A stretch of DNA of 64,000 bases from Eledone cirrhosa. Its lineage: Eukaryota. The translations under genes and the position numbers were made by a program. Shown piece by piece: positions 13,150 through 25,834 of this stretch (positions are counted from its first letter, which is position 1; the number at the start of each line of letters is the position of its first letter). The DNA lies in contig OZ024748.1 in NCBI GenBank assembly GCA_964016885.1, positions 28,458,001 to 28,522,000 of the forward strand. Reading direction: 5' to 3'. The notes beneath the pieces are model-generated. The model did no database searches, had not been told where the DNA came from, and was given only the letters and a program-made list of their open reading frames with translations.

Positions 13150-13700
13150 ATTAAATTAAATAAAAATGGCGTAGACATTACAATACAACGGGAGGAGGAA
13201 ACATAATAGTACCACTGATGATGCCACAGGTGTGTGATGAAAGAACTTTGATAGACTATATATATATATTTGTATCTGTATTTTCAACTGTTGGTCAACC
13301 AATGATAAACATTGATTGCCAGTTAAATTAACTATGGAGATATAAGATACAGAAGCGAAAACCAATCCAACCCAAACAGTGAGTGTTTTATTATTATTTC
13401 TGGCAATAATAATAGGGCGGTGGATTGGCAGTATCGGTAGAGGGTCGGACGCCATGCTTTGATGCATAGAGTTACGTCCCTTACCATTCTGAGTTCAAAT
13501 CCCGCCGAGGTTAACTTTGCCTTTCATCCTCACGGGGTCGATGAAATACAGTACCAGTAATGCACTGGGTAATTGCTGGCCTTGTGCCAAAAGTAGAAAC
13601 AATTATTATTTCTGGCAATATTATAACAATATGACCCTCCCCGAATATAACAATATTTGTTTCAACACACGATTTCATATCAAAAAGCTTGCAAAACAAA
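13150..13700 (+). mobile_element. Penelope-like terminal (pLTR) fragment, family P1, with a hammerhead motif, interrupted by a SINE
   Basis: Homologous to 14930-15720 and 31755-32070; CTGATGA-stem-GAAA at 13215-13242. Confidence 0.6.
13412..13601 (+). mobile_element. SINE family A, full length, with a 19-bp target-site duplication
   Basis: A/B boxes; attattatttctggcaata at 13390-13408 and 13602-13620. Confidence 0.88.
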
Positions 13701-13759
13701 TATATATATATAATATTATATTATATTATATATTATATTATATCGGTAGAATATTATAT

Positions 13760-13915
13760 TATATCGGTAGAGGGTCGGACGTCATGTTTTGACGCATAGA
13801 GTTACAGCCCTTTCCATTCTGAGTTCGAATCCCGCCGAGTTCAACTTTGCCTTTCATCCTTACGGGGTCGATAAAATAAAGTACCAGTAATATACTGGGT
13901 AGAAACAATTATATT
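13760..13915 (+). mobile_element. SINE family A copy
   Basis: B box GAGTTCGAATCC plus conserved body. Confidence 0.85.
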
Positions 13916-14367
13916 ATATTATATTGAAACATATTACGAATAAAATTTCCATGCAGAGTGCACAATAAAAGGAATCAGATTTAGAACAATAATATATATA
14001 TTATAGAATGATATATATAAGCAGTCAATACATGTATAAATATACACATCCATACAATGTACACATACACATCTAATAATATACAGAATTATATATACTA
14101 GCAGAAAAAAAAACACCCAACGGATGGTTTTCTGCTAGCATGTGTAGTGTGTATATTGATATTATACACAAATATATATGCATGTAAATATGATACATCA
14201 AATAAAATCGTAATTGACAATATACACAGAAATTGAACAAAGCCTATGTTACACTGTCTTCTGTTACCAGTAATCTATGATATATTAAAAAAAAGACGAC
14301 ATTATATATAAACTGCATGAGGAGAAAATTAGCGACGGAAATATATGCGATTATAAGTGTTATAATA

Positions 14368-14549
14368 TAATTGTTTCTACTTTGGGCACAAGGCCAGCAA
14401 TTATCCCAGTGCATTACTGGTAATTTATTTTATCGACCTCGTAAGGATGAAAGGCAAAGTTAACCTCGGCAGGATTTGAACTCAGATCGTAAAGGCCCGT
14501 AACTCCATGCTGCAAAGCATGGCGTCCAACCCTCTACCGATACTGCCAA
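14368..14549 (-). mobile_element. SINE family A copy (a further + strand tail fragment lies at 14700-14753)
   Basis: Same body and boxes, reverse complement. Confidence 0.85.
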
Positions 14550-14877
14550 ATATAATGGCCGCTAACCGGAAGTGTTGACATTTGATAATTTTAAAGATTT
14601 GAATTTTAAAGATCTTTAAATAATCTATAAAATATATTTAATCAACAGTCACGAAATTTAGCACATAAATTATGTAATATTCATTCATTATTTATTCAAT
14701 ACCAGTAATGCACTGGGTATTTGCTGGCCTTGTGCCAAAAGTAGAAACAATTATTTATTCAAAGTAATCCAACTTATTTTACAAACGGGGTAAAAATATA
14801 TATACTGGACGCAATCCCGCAGACCTTCCTTTATTATAGTTAAGATATATATATATTATATAAATATATATATATAA

Positions 14878-14908
<31 letters not shown>

Positions 14909-14928
14909 AATATATATATATAAATATA

Positions 14929-15720
14929 TATTGTTATACTTGGGGAGGGTCATATTTGTGTAATATTGCCAGAATTAATAACAGAACACACTCACTGTTT
15001 GGTTGGTTTTCGCTTCTGTGTCTTTTATATCGTTAATCTAACTTACTCGGTCCTCAATGTTGCCATTGACTGACCGACGGTCAAAAATAATACAGATACA
15101 ATATAGACACAAACACATATATATAGTTTATCATAAATCTTTCGTTGCACATCTGCAACATCGTCAGTGGTGCTATCTTTTCCTCCTGTTGTATTGTATG
15201 TCTACGCCATTTTTATTCAGTCTGTCTATATATTTATTTATTTATTTGCTTGTTTGTTTATTTTATTTTGTCTTCTTTGCGCATGCGTTTGCGTGTGTGT
15301 ATAGTGTTTTGTTTGCTGTGTGATGGGTGACTAGTGTGTGTTTATGTGCTTGTTGTTATTGTGCTTTATTTATTTATTTATTTATTTTATTTTATTTACT
15401 TATTTATACTTCTCTTAGGTCAGTGTTGTTTATTTGGGTGTTGTTGTTATTCCATTCATTCTTTCTGTTTAGTCTTGGTCTTCTAATTTCTATTTCACTG
15501 GCCTCTCTGATTTGCCTATCTGCTGGGTCAATGGCAACATTGAGGACCGTGTAAGTTAGATTATCGATATAAAAGACACAGAAGCGAGAAGCGAAAACCA
15601 ACCAAACAGTGAGTGTGTTCTGTTATTAATTCTGGCAATATTACACAAATATGACCCTCCCCAAGTATAACAATATTTCTTTCGACACACGATTTCATAT
15701 AAAAAACCTCGCAAAACTAA
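14929..15720 (-). mobile_element. Truncated Penelope-like element (family P1) with an inverted terminal copy
   Basis: Inverted repeats 14929-15070 / 15527-15675; GIY-YIG-like C-terminus DRQIREASEIEIRRPRLNRKNEW (minus); hammerhead motif downstream on the same strand. Confidence 0.7.
15130..15171 (-). ncRNA. Minimal type I hammerhead ribozyme motif (P1)
   Basis: acca CTGACGA t gttgca-gatg-tgcaac GAAA gattta tgat; stem I is weak. Confidence 0.6.
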
Positions 15721-15784
15721 TTCATCGCCGCTATATAAATATATATATACTTAAAATTAAAATCAACCTACATATGGAAATACA

Positions 15785-15986
15785 TGAATGAATATATGCA
15801 TGTATGTATGTATGTATGTATGTATGTATGTATGTATGTATGTATGTATGTATGTATGTATGTATGTATGTATCCATGTATGTATGTTAGCATGTCTGTA
15901 TGTATGTGTGTATGTACGTATGTATGCATGAAAGGATGTATTTATGTATGTACGTGTATGTATGTGTATGTATATATATATATACA

Positions 15987-16077
<91 letters not shown>

Positions 16078-16279
16078 TTATATAAATACGCATATATATT
16101 ATAAGTATACACACATGCACACACATATATATGTGTGCATGTGTACGTGTGTGTGTCAGTATTTGACCTTATATTTTCAAGTGTCTCGTGATATTCACTG
16201 TATATGGCCTGGTTCGTGGGTGTGGGTGGGTGGAAGAAGCCATTGGCTTGTGTATGTATATATATATATATATATATAT

Positions 16280-16367
<88 letters not shown>

Positions 16368-16417
16368 CGAGCCCTCTTTGGATTTTAGTCTTCAAATTTA
16401 TTATTATTACTATATAT

Positions 16418-16490
<73 letters not shown>

Positions 16491-16639
16491 AGTTAATTTT
16501 TATAACTTTCTTATTTTACGTCTTTCATATTATTGTTCTGCATCCCCTTGCATTGAACCACAGAGTTACTAAGACAAAACCTATATATTTGCTGGCATAG
16601 GTATGCATCTGTATATATAGGTTAGTAAATATACTAATT

Positions 16640-16690
<51 letters not shown>

Positions 16691-17396
16691 TTATAAGTAA
16701 TACAGATGTGTTTAAATACATTAAAGAAATAAGAGTATAGGAAGCTGCATGCATTTATTCATATATATATGTATAAATATATATATATATATGCATATTC
16801 ATATATATATATATATAGGTATAAATATATATATATGTATATTCATATATATATATATATATGTATAAATATATATATATATATGCATATTCATATATAT
16901 ATATATATATAGGTATAAATATATATATATGTATATTCATATATATATAGGTATAAATATATATATATGTATATTCATATATATATATATATATATATGT
17001 ATAAATATATATATGTATATATATATGCAAAATTTTTATTTAAAATTGTTGGGATACAACAAGTAAATATTTTATAACTGATATAAAGCACTCGACAAGT
17101 TTTTGGAGTAGATATACGATATTAAATAAATGGAAACTATATTTATAAAACCATATTTATTTCATTATACATATTTCAGGGATACCAAATTAAAATATGG
17201 CATGCCTTCGTCAGATAAAATACAATATATAAACAGTTTTATAGATAATTTTGACGTACCCTATTAGAAGCGACCATTATTTTTGGAAGCTGTCTGGATA
17301 TATGTATATATATATATATATGTATAAATATATATATATGTATATGTATATGTATTCATATATATATATGTATATGTATTCATATATATATATATG

Positions 17397-17491
<95 letters not shown>

Positions 17492-17920
17492 ATGGATGTG
17501 TGTCAGTGCATGCACTTGTGTGTGTGTATGTCCGAGTGCGTGTGTCTTTCATTTATAATCGTGATGTACAGTTATTTGCAATGGCGGAATAACGAAATAA
17601 GATCCTATGGAATGTGGATTGATAGCCATCATCATAACTACCACATATACACACGCAAACACACATACACACACACACGTGCGCGCGCGCGCACACACAC
17701 ACATACACACATACAAATCAAATATATTTATACATGAGTATGTCAATATATGCATACGCATATAATGACATACATACACACACACTCTCAAATGCATATA
17801 TATATATAAAGGTATGCATATATTTTTATATGCTTATATTTATATGCAAACACACACACACATTTATATATGCGTATATATATATATATATGCGTATATA
17901 TATATATATATATATATGCG

Positions 17921-17972
<52 letters not shown>

Positions 17973-18002
17973 CATGTATGAGTGTGTGTGTGTGAATGTG
18001 AG

Positions 18003-18075
<73 letters not shown>

Positions 18076-18203
18076 GCGTGTGTGCGTGTGTGTGAATTTG
18101 TGTTTAAATCTTATTTCACCAATTAATTGTGATATAGAAAGTCCTGACATAAATATTGCAGTGCAAACATGGAGTAAATTCTCCTGTTTACATACATACA
18201 GAC

Positions 18204-18287
<84 letters not shown>

Positions 18288-18628
18288 GTAGATAGATAGA
18301 TACAGACATACCTACATACATAATAGCTGCACCCTCATTATCGAGTATGGCCATTCCACGATATAAAATTATTAATAATTATTAATTAATTCAATCGTGC
18401 AATGCCTGTGCGTGAAGATTTTTTTTAAAGTGAGAAAATACTGTGCACTGAGCCAATCCCACTCTCTGAGCGACAGTAGCTATAACCCGAATAGAAGAAA
18501 AGATCAACATCATCGGTAACTACTGAGCCGCAGGTTTTATATCGGAGTTATCCCAGTTTCATGAGTTGCCCTCTCCTAGATACATACATACATACATAGA
18601 CACATACATACATACATAGATAGATACA

Positions 18629-18662
<34 letters not shown>

Positions 18663-18860
18663 CATACATACATACATAGATACATACATAGATAGAGAGA
18701 GAGATACATAGATAGATAGATAGATGGATAGATAGATAGATAGATAGATAGATACATACATATATACATACATAGATGCATACATAGATACATACATGTA
18801 CAGATACATACGTATATACATACATACATACATACATACATACATACATACATACATACA

Positions 18861-18894
<34 letters not shown>

Positions 18895-19016
18895 GATAGA
18901 TACACACATGCATACATACATATATGCATACATGCATGCATACATACATACATACATACATACATACATACATACATACATACATACATACATACATACA
19001 TACATACATACATACA
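15785..19016. repeat. Block of (TATG)n, (TA)n, (CA)n, (GATA)n and (TACA)n microsatellites with short TE fragments
   Basis: Direct reading. Confidence 0.85.
17158..17222 (-). ncRNA. Type I hammerhead motif (family P2) inside a Penelope-like terminal fragment (~17027-17260)
   Basis: tattttat CTGACGA agg..tgcca...tggta.cct GAAA tatgtata atgaaata; homologous to 57395-57455. Confidence 0.65.
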
Positions 19017-19585
19017 TGGTGGCTGCCAACTCGTTTTCGAGTACGGCCACTACTTTATATCCATGTAGGAGAACCCCCTACCGATGCGCTGAACGAGTGC
19101 GACTTTTTAGTCCAGCCAGCGACTTGAAAACTCTGGTACAAACACTACACCTGTGACAATTATTGACACATAGTGCTGGGCCCATGGTACCATGTGACGA
19201 CAAGTGCAGAGAGATCTCCAGATATAAAGCAATGCCTGTGCCGTGAAGCTTTTATAGTGAGCAAAGGCACTGCACAAAGCCAGTCCCACTCTCTTAACCA
19301 AGATGATATTTACCAAAAAGAAGAACATGTCAACATCATTGGATACCATCAGAGTTGCAGGTGTTATATCAGAGTTTTCCTTCTCCTAGAATTCTGCCTT
19401 GACAAAGGCTAAGGAGTCATCTCTCCCGGTGATTTTGGATGGCCATTGACTCTTAAGAGCTCCTTTGCTCTTTGACAGGTTTTGTTTTTAGTCCTGCAGG
19501 ATGTCCAAAGTCACCCTCCTCACCAAGAAACCTTGGTGGGGTTGCCAGTTTAGTCGCCAACGATCCGACCATGAGACAGGTTGTC
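19016..19585 (-). mobile_element. ~570-bp non-coding interspersed repeat, family B copy 1 (SINE-like, (TGTA)n tail)
   Basis: Near-identical to 19800-20338 and 23311-23881; ends in a microsatellite on the minus strand. Confidence 0.75.
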
Positions 19586-19799
19586 GTGGAATGGCCATAC
19601 TCGATAACGTATTGCGTAGAGATATCCTTCAAGGTAGGAAGTCATAAACTTGTCGGAACTCCATGCCAGTCTTTTTGAATGATTTATCCCCTCTATGGTC
19701 TGTAGTTTTCGTCTCAAGTACCCATGCACTTTCCCTGTAAGGTGGCCGGTCAAAAATGTACTCGTAATTAAGAAAAAGAGAGACATAATATATACATAC

Positions 19800-20338
19800 A
19801 TGGTGGCTGCCAACTCGTTTTCGAGTACGGCCACTACTTTATATCCATGTAGGAGAACCCCTACCGATGCGGTGAACAAGTGCGGCTTTTTAGTCCAGCC
19901 AGAGACTTGAAAACTCTGGTACAAACACTACACTTGTGACAATTATTGACACATAGTGCTGGGCCCATGGTACCATGTGACGACAAGTGCAGAGAGATCT
20001 CCAGATATAAAGCAATGCCTGTGCCGTGAAGCTTTTATAGTGAGCCAAGGCACTGCACAAAGCCAGTCCCACTCTCTTAACAGAGATGATATTTACCAAA
20101 AAGAAGAACAACTCAACATCATTGGATACCATCAGTATCAGAGTTTTCCTTCTCCTAGAATTCTGCCTTGACAAAAGCTAAGGGGTCATCTCTCCCGGTG
20201 ATTTTTGATGGCCATTGACTCTTACGAGCTCCTTTGCCCTTTGACAGGTTTTGTTTTTAGTCCTGCAGGATGTCCAATGTCACCCTCCTCACCAAGAAAC
20301 CTTGGTGGGGTTGCCAGTTTAGTCGCCAACGACCCGAC
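19800..20338 (-). mobile_element. Family B copy 2
   Basis: Direct repeat of 19016-19570 with a small deletion. Confidence 0.75.
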
Positions 20339-20449
20339 TGATATACATACATACATACATACATACATACATACATACATACATACATACATACATACAT
20401 ACATACATACACACACACATACATACATACATACATACATACATTAAAA

Positions 20450-20592
20450 ATGGACCGATTTACAGAGAAAGTGCATGGGTACTTGAGACGAAATCCACAG
20501 ACCATAGAGGGGATAAATCAATCAAAAAGACTGGCATGGAGTTCCGACAAGTTTATGACATCCTACATTGAAGGATATCTCTACGCAATACG
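20450..20592 (+). pseudogene. Short R4/Dong-like ORF fragment; inverted duplicate at ~19606-19740
   Basis: KVHGYLRR...LAWSSDKFMTSYIEGYLYAI resembles LSWTNNRYIVSHFEGYAI at 39801-40109. Confidence 0.55.
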
Positions 20593-21315
20593 TTATCGAG
20601 TATGGCCATTCCACGATATACCATTATTAATAATTATTAATTAATTCTATCGTGCAATGCCTGTGCGTGAAGATTTTTTTAAAGTCAGGAAAGACTGTGC
20701 ACTGAACCAATTACGCTCTCTGAGCAACAGTAGCTATAACCCGAAATGAAGAAAAGATCAACATCATCGGTAACTACTGAACCGCAGGTTTTATGTCGGA
20801 GTTATCCCAGTTTCCTGAGTTGCCTTCTCCTAGAAGAATGCCCTGACAAAGTGACATACACACCCACACATACAATGACATTCACGCCTGCACACAGATG
20901 CATGCAGACATTCATACATATATACTTAGTTAATGTTGTACACATTCCAATGAGAGAGTCTTGTATCTATGTTAGAAACTGACTCTCTATTGGTAAAAAT
21001 TTGTGAAATTATATAACCAGAAGAACATACATACATACAAATATGCATACATATATACATATATACATACACACATACATACGTACATACCTACACATAC
21101 ATATATATGCAATACATACATATATACATACATAAATCCATGCATACACGTACATACATACAAACAAACATATATGTATGCATAAACTCACATACACACA
21201 TATATACACATTTATACATACATACGTATGTATACACACGCACATATATATATACATATGCATATGTAATTTGAACACACATACACATACCATGAGCATA
21301 CCGGGACCTCATGCA

Positions 21316-21392
<77 letters not shown>

Positions 21393-21460
21393 TGGGTTAT
21401 GCACTCAGTGCAAGGGGCGAATTTGGTAGAAGTAGTTCTACAACAATTAATTCACCATTT

Positions 21461-21502
21461 CTGAGAACAATTTGTTTCACCTAAGACGGATCATCAGCTC
21501 AG
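21461..21502 (-). ncRNA. Minimal type I hammerhead motif downstream of a degenerate GIY-YIG-like C-terminus (~21650-21730)
   Basis: ctgag CTGATGA tcc-gtctta-ggt GAAA caaattg TT ctcag; upstream minus frame reads NSRSEF*SRCPHVSKH. Confidence 0.65.
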
Positions 21503-21761
21503 TTTACATGAGATTATACGGAAGGGAAACAATTATACGACTACACATGCGCAGAAGTTTAGATGGATGCAGGGAGGCGATTGTGAAAGCAGAGAATACA
21601 AGTTATTGAGGATATTCGGTTTAGAAGTTACGTCCGGTAATCAGCCTGGGGCTTTAAAATTACGTAATAGATGTTTCGAAACGTGAGGACAACGTGATTA
21701 AAACTCAGATCTTGAATTAGGACTAGCGCTATTACGCAATCTCCTCATTTAAACTTAAATT

Positions 21762-22015
21762 TGATTCCGGCGGCGGCAAAACACTTCATTTCATGTTGCT
21801 CCAGTGTACTCAGATGGCAAAAATGAGTTGTATCTGTAATTCGAAGGGCGAGCTTTGTCACATTCTGTGTCACGTTGAATCTACCTGAGAACTACACTAC
21901 GTTAAGTATACACGTGTCTGTGGAATGCTCAGCCACGTGCACGTTAATTTCGAGCAGGCTGTTCCTGTTGATTGGATCAACTGGAACACTCGTCGTGGTA
22001 ACCGAAGCAGTGCCT
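21762..22015 (+). mobile_element. Second SINE-like family (C), head-truncated
   Basis: cacttcatttcatgttgctccag...ctgagaactac...gcacgttaatttcgagcaggctgttcc resembles a cephalopod SINE as recalled; single copy here. Confidence 0.55.
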
Positions 22016-22050
22016 TAATGTATGTATATATCTATATTATATGTATGTAT

Positions 22051-22242
22051 GTAGGGCGGTGGATTGGCAGTATCGGTAGAGGGTCAGACGCCATGCTTTG
22101 CAGCATAGTTACATCCCTTTACGATCTGAGTTCAAATCCTGCCGAGGTTGACTTTGCCTTTCATCCTTACGGGGTCGATAAAATAAAGTACCAGTAATGC
22201 ACTGGGTAATTGCTGGCCTTGTGCCTAAAGTAGAAACAATTA
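22051..22242 (+). mobile_element. SINE family A copy
   Basis: Full A/B boxes and body. Confidence 0.88.
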
Positions 22243-22501
22243 TATGTATGTATGTAAGTATGTATGCATGTATGCATATATGTATATATACACTTATATA
22301 TGTCTACTGACATGTATGCGCTAAGCAAACATGTGCCTAGTTTAGAAAAAAAAAACGTGTTTGTATGTGTTAATGTGATTTATGAATATAAACATATATA
22401 CTATAGAATTGATGACACATGAATACATGTATATATATATATATATATAAGTTTATCCCGGGTTCAATCGGGGGTAACCACAGTAAGTAAGGTACTCAGG
22501 A

Positions 22502-22550
22502 GCTTCCTGATGATTTCTCCAGAATGAAACAGTACTAGTCCTGTAGAAGC
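22502..22550 (+). ncRNA. Hammerhead motif with a damaged stem I
   Basis: gcttc CTGATGA t-ttct-cc-agaa-t GAAA cagtacta GTC ctgta gaagc. Confidence 0.5.
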
Positions 22551-22553
22551 CTT

Positions 22554-22594
<41 letters not shown>

Positions 22595-22627
22595 AAGAAT
22601 ATTTTCGAAACAGCGAGTGGGTTTGAA

Positions 22628-22893
22628 ATTATTAGAAATGTAAGCTATCGCCGTATTTAGACTAAAGAAATTAAAGAAATTATTTAGCCTGATAGTGGCG
22701 TTAAGAACCCTCGGAGAAATGGAAAAAGATGAATATTGACATACATGGGAGTCGAACCCACATCTTTGGTTATTCGGACCACTGTGCTACCATTTACACC
22801 AACACATCACCCGTTCTTAACCCCACTATCAGGCTAAATGATTTCTTTAATTTCTTTAGTCCAAATACGGCGATAGCTTACATTTCTAATAAT
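22628..22893. repeat. 81-bp inverted repeat enclosing a tRNA-like sequence
   Basis: 22628-22708 is the reverse complement of 22813-22893 with few mismatches. Confidence 0.85.
22737..22808 (-). other. tRNA-like cloverleaf (pseudo-tRNA or SINE head)
   Basis: D arm gtgt/gcac, anticodon arm tggt-ccgaata-acca, T arm gtggg-ttcgact-cccat; wobble-rich acceptor; no U33. Confidence 0.55.
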
Positions 22894-22899
22894 AATAAT

Positions 22900-22945
<46 letters not shown>

Positions 22946-22981
22946 ATATATATATATATATATACATACATACACATACAC

Positions 22982-23013
<32 letters not shown>

Positions 23014-23027
23014 GCATACACACACAC

Positions 23028-23070
<43 letters not shown>

Positions 23071-23310
23071 GTTAATAAATTAAACAAACAAAACACAGGA
23101 GGCAATTTTACTCAGTTATCTTAGGCTCACGTTTGGTGGAGGGATATACGTATATGCACACATTCATATATACACATACATATGCACACACATCTATATG
23201 AATGTATGTACGTATTGACGTATGTATGCGTATATATTTATATATGTAAATACACACACACAGATATATATATATATATATACACACATATATATATATA
23301 TATATATATA

Positions 23311-23939
23311 TGGTGGCTGCCAACTCGTTTTCGAGTACGGCCACTACTTTATATCCATGTAGGAGAACCCCTACCGATGCGCTGAACGAGTGTGAGTTTT
23401 TAGTCCAGCCAGCGACTTGAAAACTCGGGCACAAATACCCCACTTGTGACCATTATTGACATATAGTGCTGGGCCCATGGTACATGTGATGACAAGTGCA
23501 GAGATATCTCCAGATATATAGCAATGCCTGTGCCGTGAAGCTTTTATAGTGAGCAAAGGCACTGCACAAAGCCAGTCCCACTCTCTTAACCAAGATGATA
23601 TTTATCAAAAAGAAGAACAAGTCAACATCATTGGATACCATCAGGATTGCAGGTGTTATATCAGAGTTTTCCTTCTCCTAGAATTCTGCCTTGACAAAGG
23701 CTAAGGGGTCATCTCTCCCTGTGATTTTGGATGGCCATTGACTCTTAAGAGCTCCTTTGCCCTTTGACAGGTCTTGTTTTTAGTCCTGCAGGATGTCCAA
23801 TGTCACCCTCCTCACCAAGAAACCTTGGTGGGGTTGCCAGTTTAGTCGCCAACGATCCGACCATGAGACAGGTTGTACTGGGATACATGTTACCAGTACA
23901 ACCTGTCTCATGGTCGGGTCGTTGGCGACTAAACTGGCA

Positions 23940-23940
<1 letters not shown>
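23311..23940 (-). mobile_element. Family B copy 3 with a terminal fold-back hairpin
   Basis: Arms 23834-23881 and 23893-23940 are reverse complementary. Confidence 0.8.
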
Positions 23941-23970
<30 letters not shown>

Positions 23971-24041
23971 CATACATATATTCATGTGTGATCAATTCTA
24001 TAGTAAATGTTGGGGTTTGTGAATATATTGTGAATATATTG

Positions 24042-24183
<142 letters not shown>

Positions 24184-24410
24184 TATTCAAAGACTCACAT
24201 ATTCACACGATCATACATGTGCATAAAATGGTTTGTATATATATATACCAATAGATTAGTATGGCTAATTGTAATATTAGCTACCAGCGATCCGGTTTCA
24301 ATATCCGCCAAAAGCTAGTCTCGTGAACAATTCAGCATTGAAGCATGTTTTATAATCCGAAAGTGGGTTGCGGCTGGGACACATGATATGTGTTTGCACA
24401 CACACGCACA

Positions 24411-24561
<151 letters not shown>

Positions 24562-25396
24562 TGGATTGAGACGGACAAGGTTAAGTGAACACAAACAAGA
24601 GATAGACATTTTCCCTTCACCAGTTGTCTACTACGGATGTTTCAGCGCATCATAGACAATACATCTATCCGTAGCGTGCCCATAACTTATTATCAACAAG
24701 TTATGAGGGAAAGAAAAGACGAAAAAGAGGCGATAGCGAAGAGAGAGAAAGAAAGAAAAAAGAGAGAAAAAAGAGAAAAAAATAAAGAACAAAAGAAAAA
24801 AATATACCGATAGAAGGGGGAAACACAAGACAATGGCACATGTAAGTAACTGAGGAGAGAGAGAGGGCGAAGTTTAAAAAAAAGGCCGTTGGGTTTAAGC
24901 CTAGGGGCATTATTAACAGCGAGAGAGCTAAGATGAACACGTCTATTCTCGGTGAGAACGGCGAGAGAGAGAGAGAGAGAGAGAGACGAAGGAAACGGAA
25001 GGGGCCAGAGACAGAGAGAGGGGATGAGTGAGGGGGAGAATGAGAGAGAGGATGAGTGAGGGAGCGCGAGAGAGAGAGAAATAGAGAGAAAGGGAGGAGG
25101 AAAAGAGTTAATCCAAAAAAAGTGGTAAGACGTAAGTCTGACCAGCAATAACAAAACAAGCGAGATCGATAGAGAGGATGGAGCAGAGGTCACAGCAATA
25201 AATACATAAATATGGATTGAGAGGGACGAGGCTGCGTGGTTACTGATAACGAATGTTAGAAAGTTAAGGGACACAAACAAGAGATAGACATTACTCCATT
25301 AGTTATATTTTGTGTTGTTCACTTTCTAACTAATTAAATAGCTCCGTTCTATACATAGAGCACTCTTTTTTCCTTTGCTTTTCCTTCGAAATTACC

Positions 25397-25460
<64 letters not shown>

Positions 25461-25660
25461 ACACACATATATATATCTAACAAAACAAACAGCACACTAC
25501 ATGGAAGAATTTTTTTTTGTTTCACTTTATTAAATTGCCTTTATTAAAAAGAATGAAGAAGCACACGACTAAAATGTCATATACCACAGCCATACCTACA
25601 AATATATATGGCCATATGTAAATACATGTCACAGGCGTTTATAATATATTATTCTATTAG

Positions 25661-25834
25661 TGAACGCCACCACAAGGATATGGTCCGAACGTGGAAAAGC
25701 CGAACTCCCACTGTCATCGCCTCCATCTCTCTCGCCCTCCCCATCTCTCCGTGTGGTGAGCAAATGGGGTCCCACGTGCTGGCGTCCCCACAGCCCTGGC
25801 GGACAGAATGGGGAAAGCGTTTCTCCGGAGGATG
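25661..25834 (+). other. Candidate internal exon of an unidentified host gene
   Basis: GC-rich island, ttctattag| acceptor, G|GTAAGG donor, 174 nt (frame-preserving), open frame; no recognisable domain. Confidence 0.3.

Noticed and set aside
22737-22808. Functional tRNA-Phe(GAA)
   Set aside because: No U33, short anticodon stem, acceptor mostly G-U pairs
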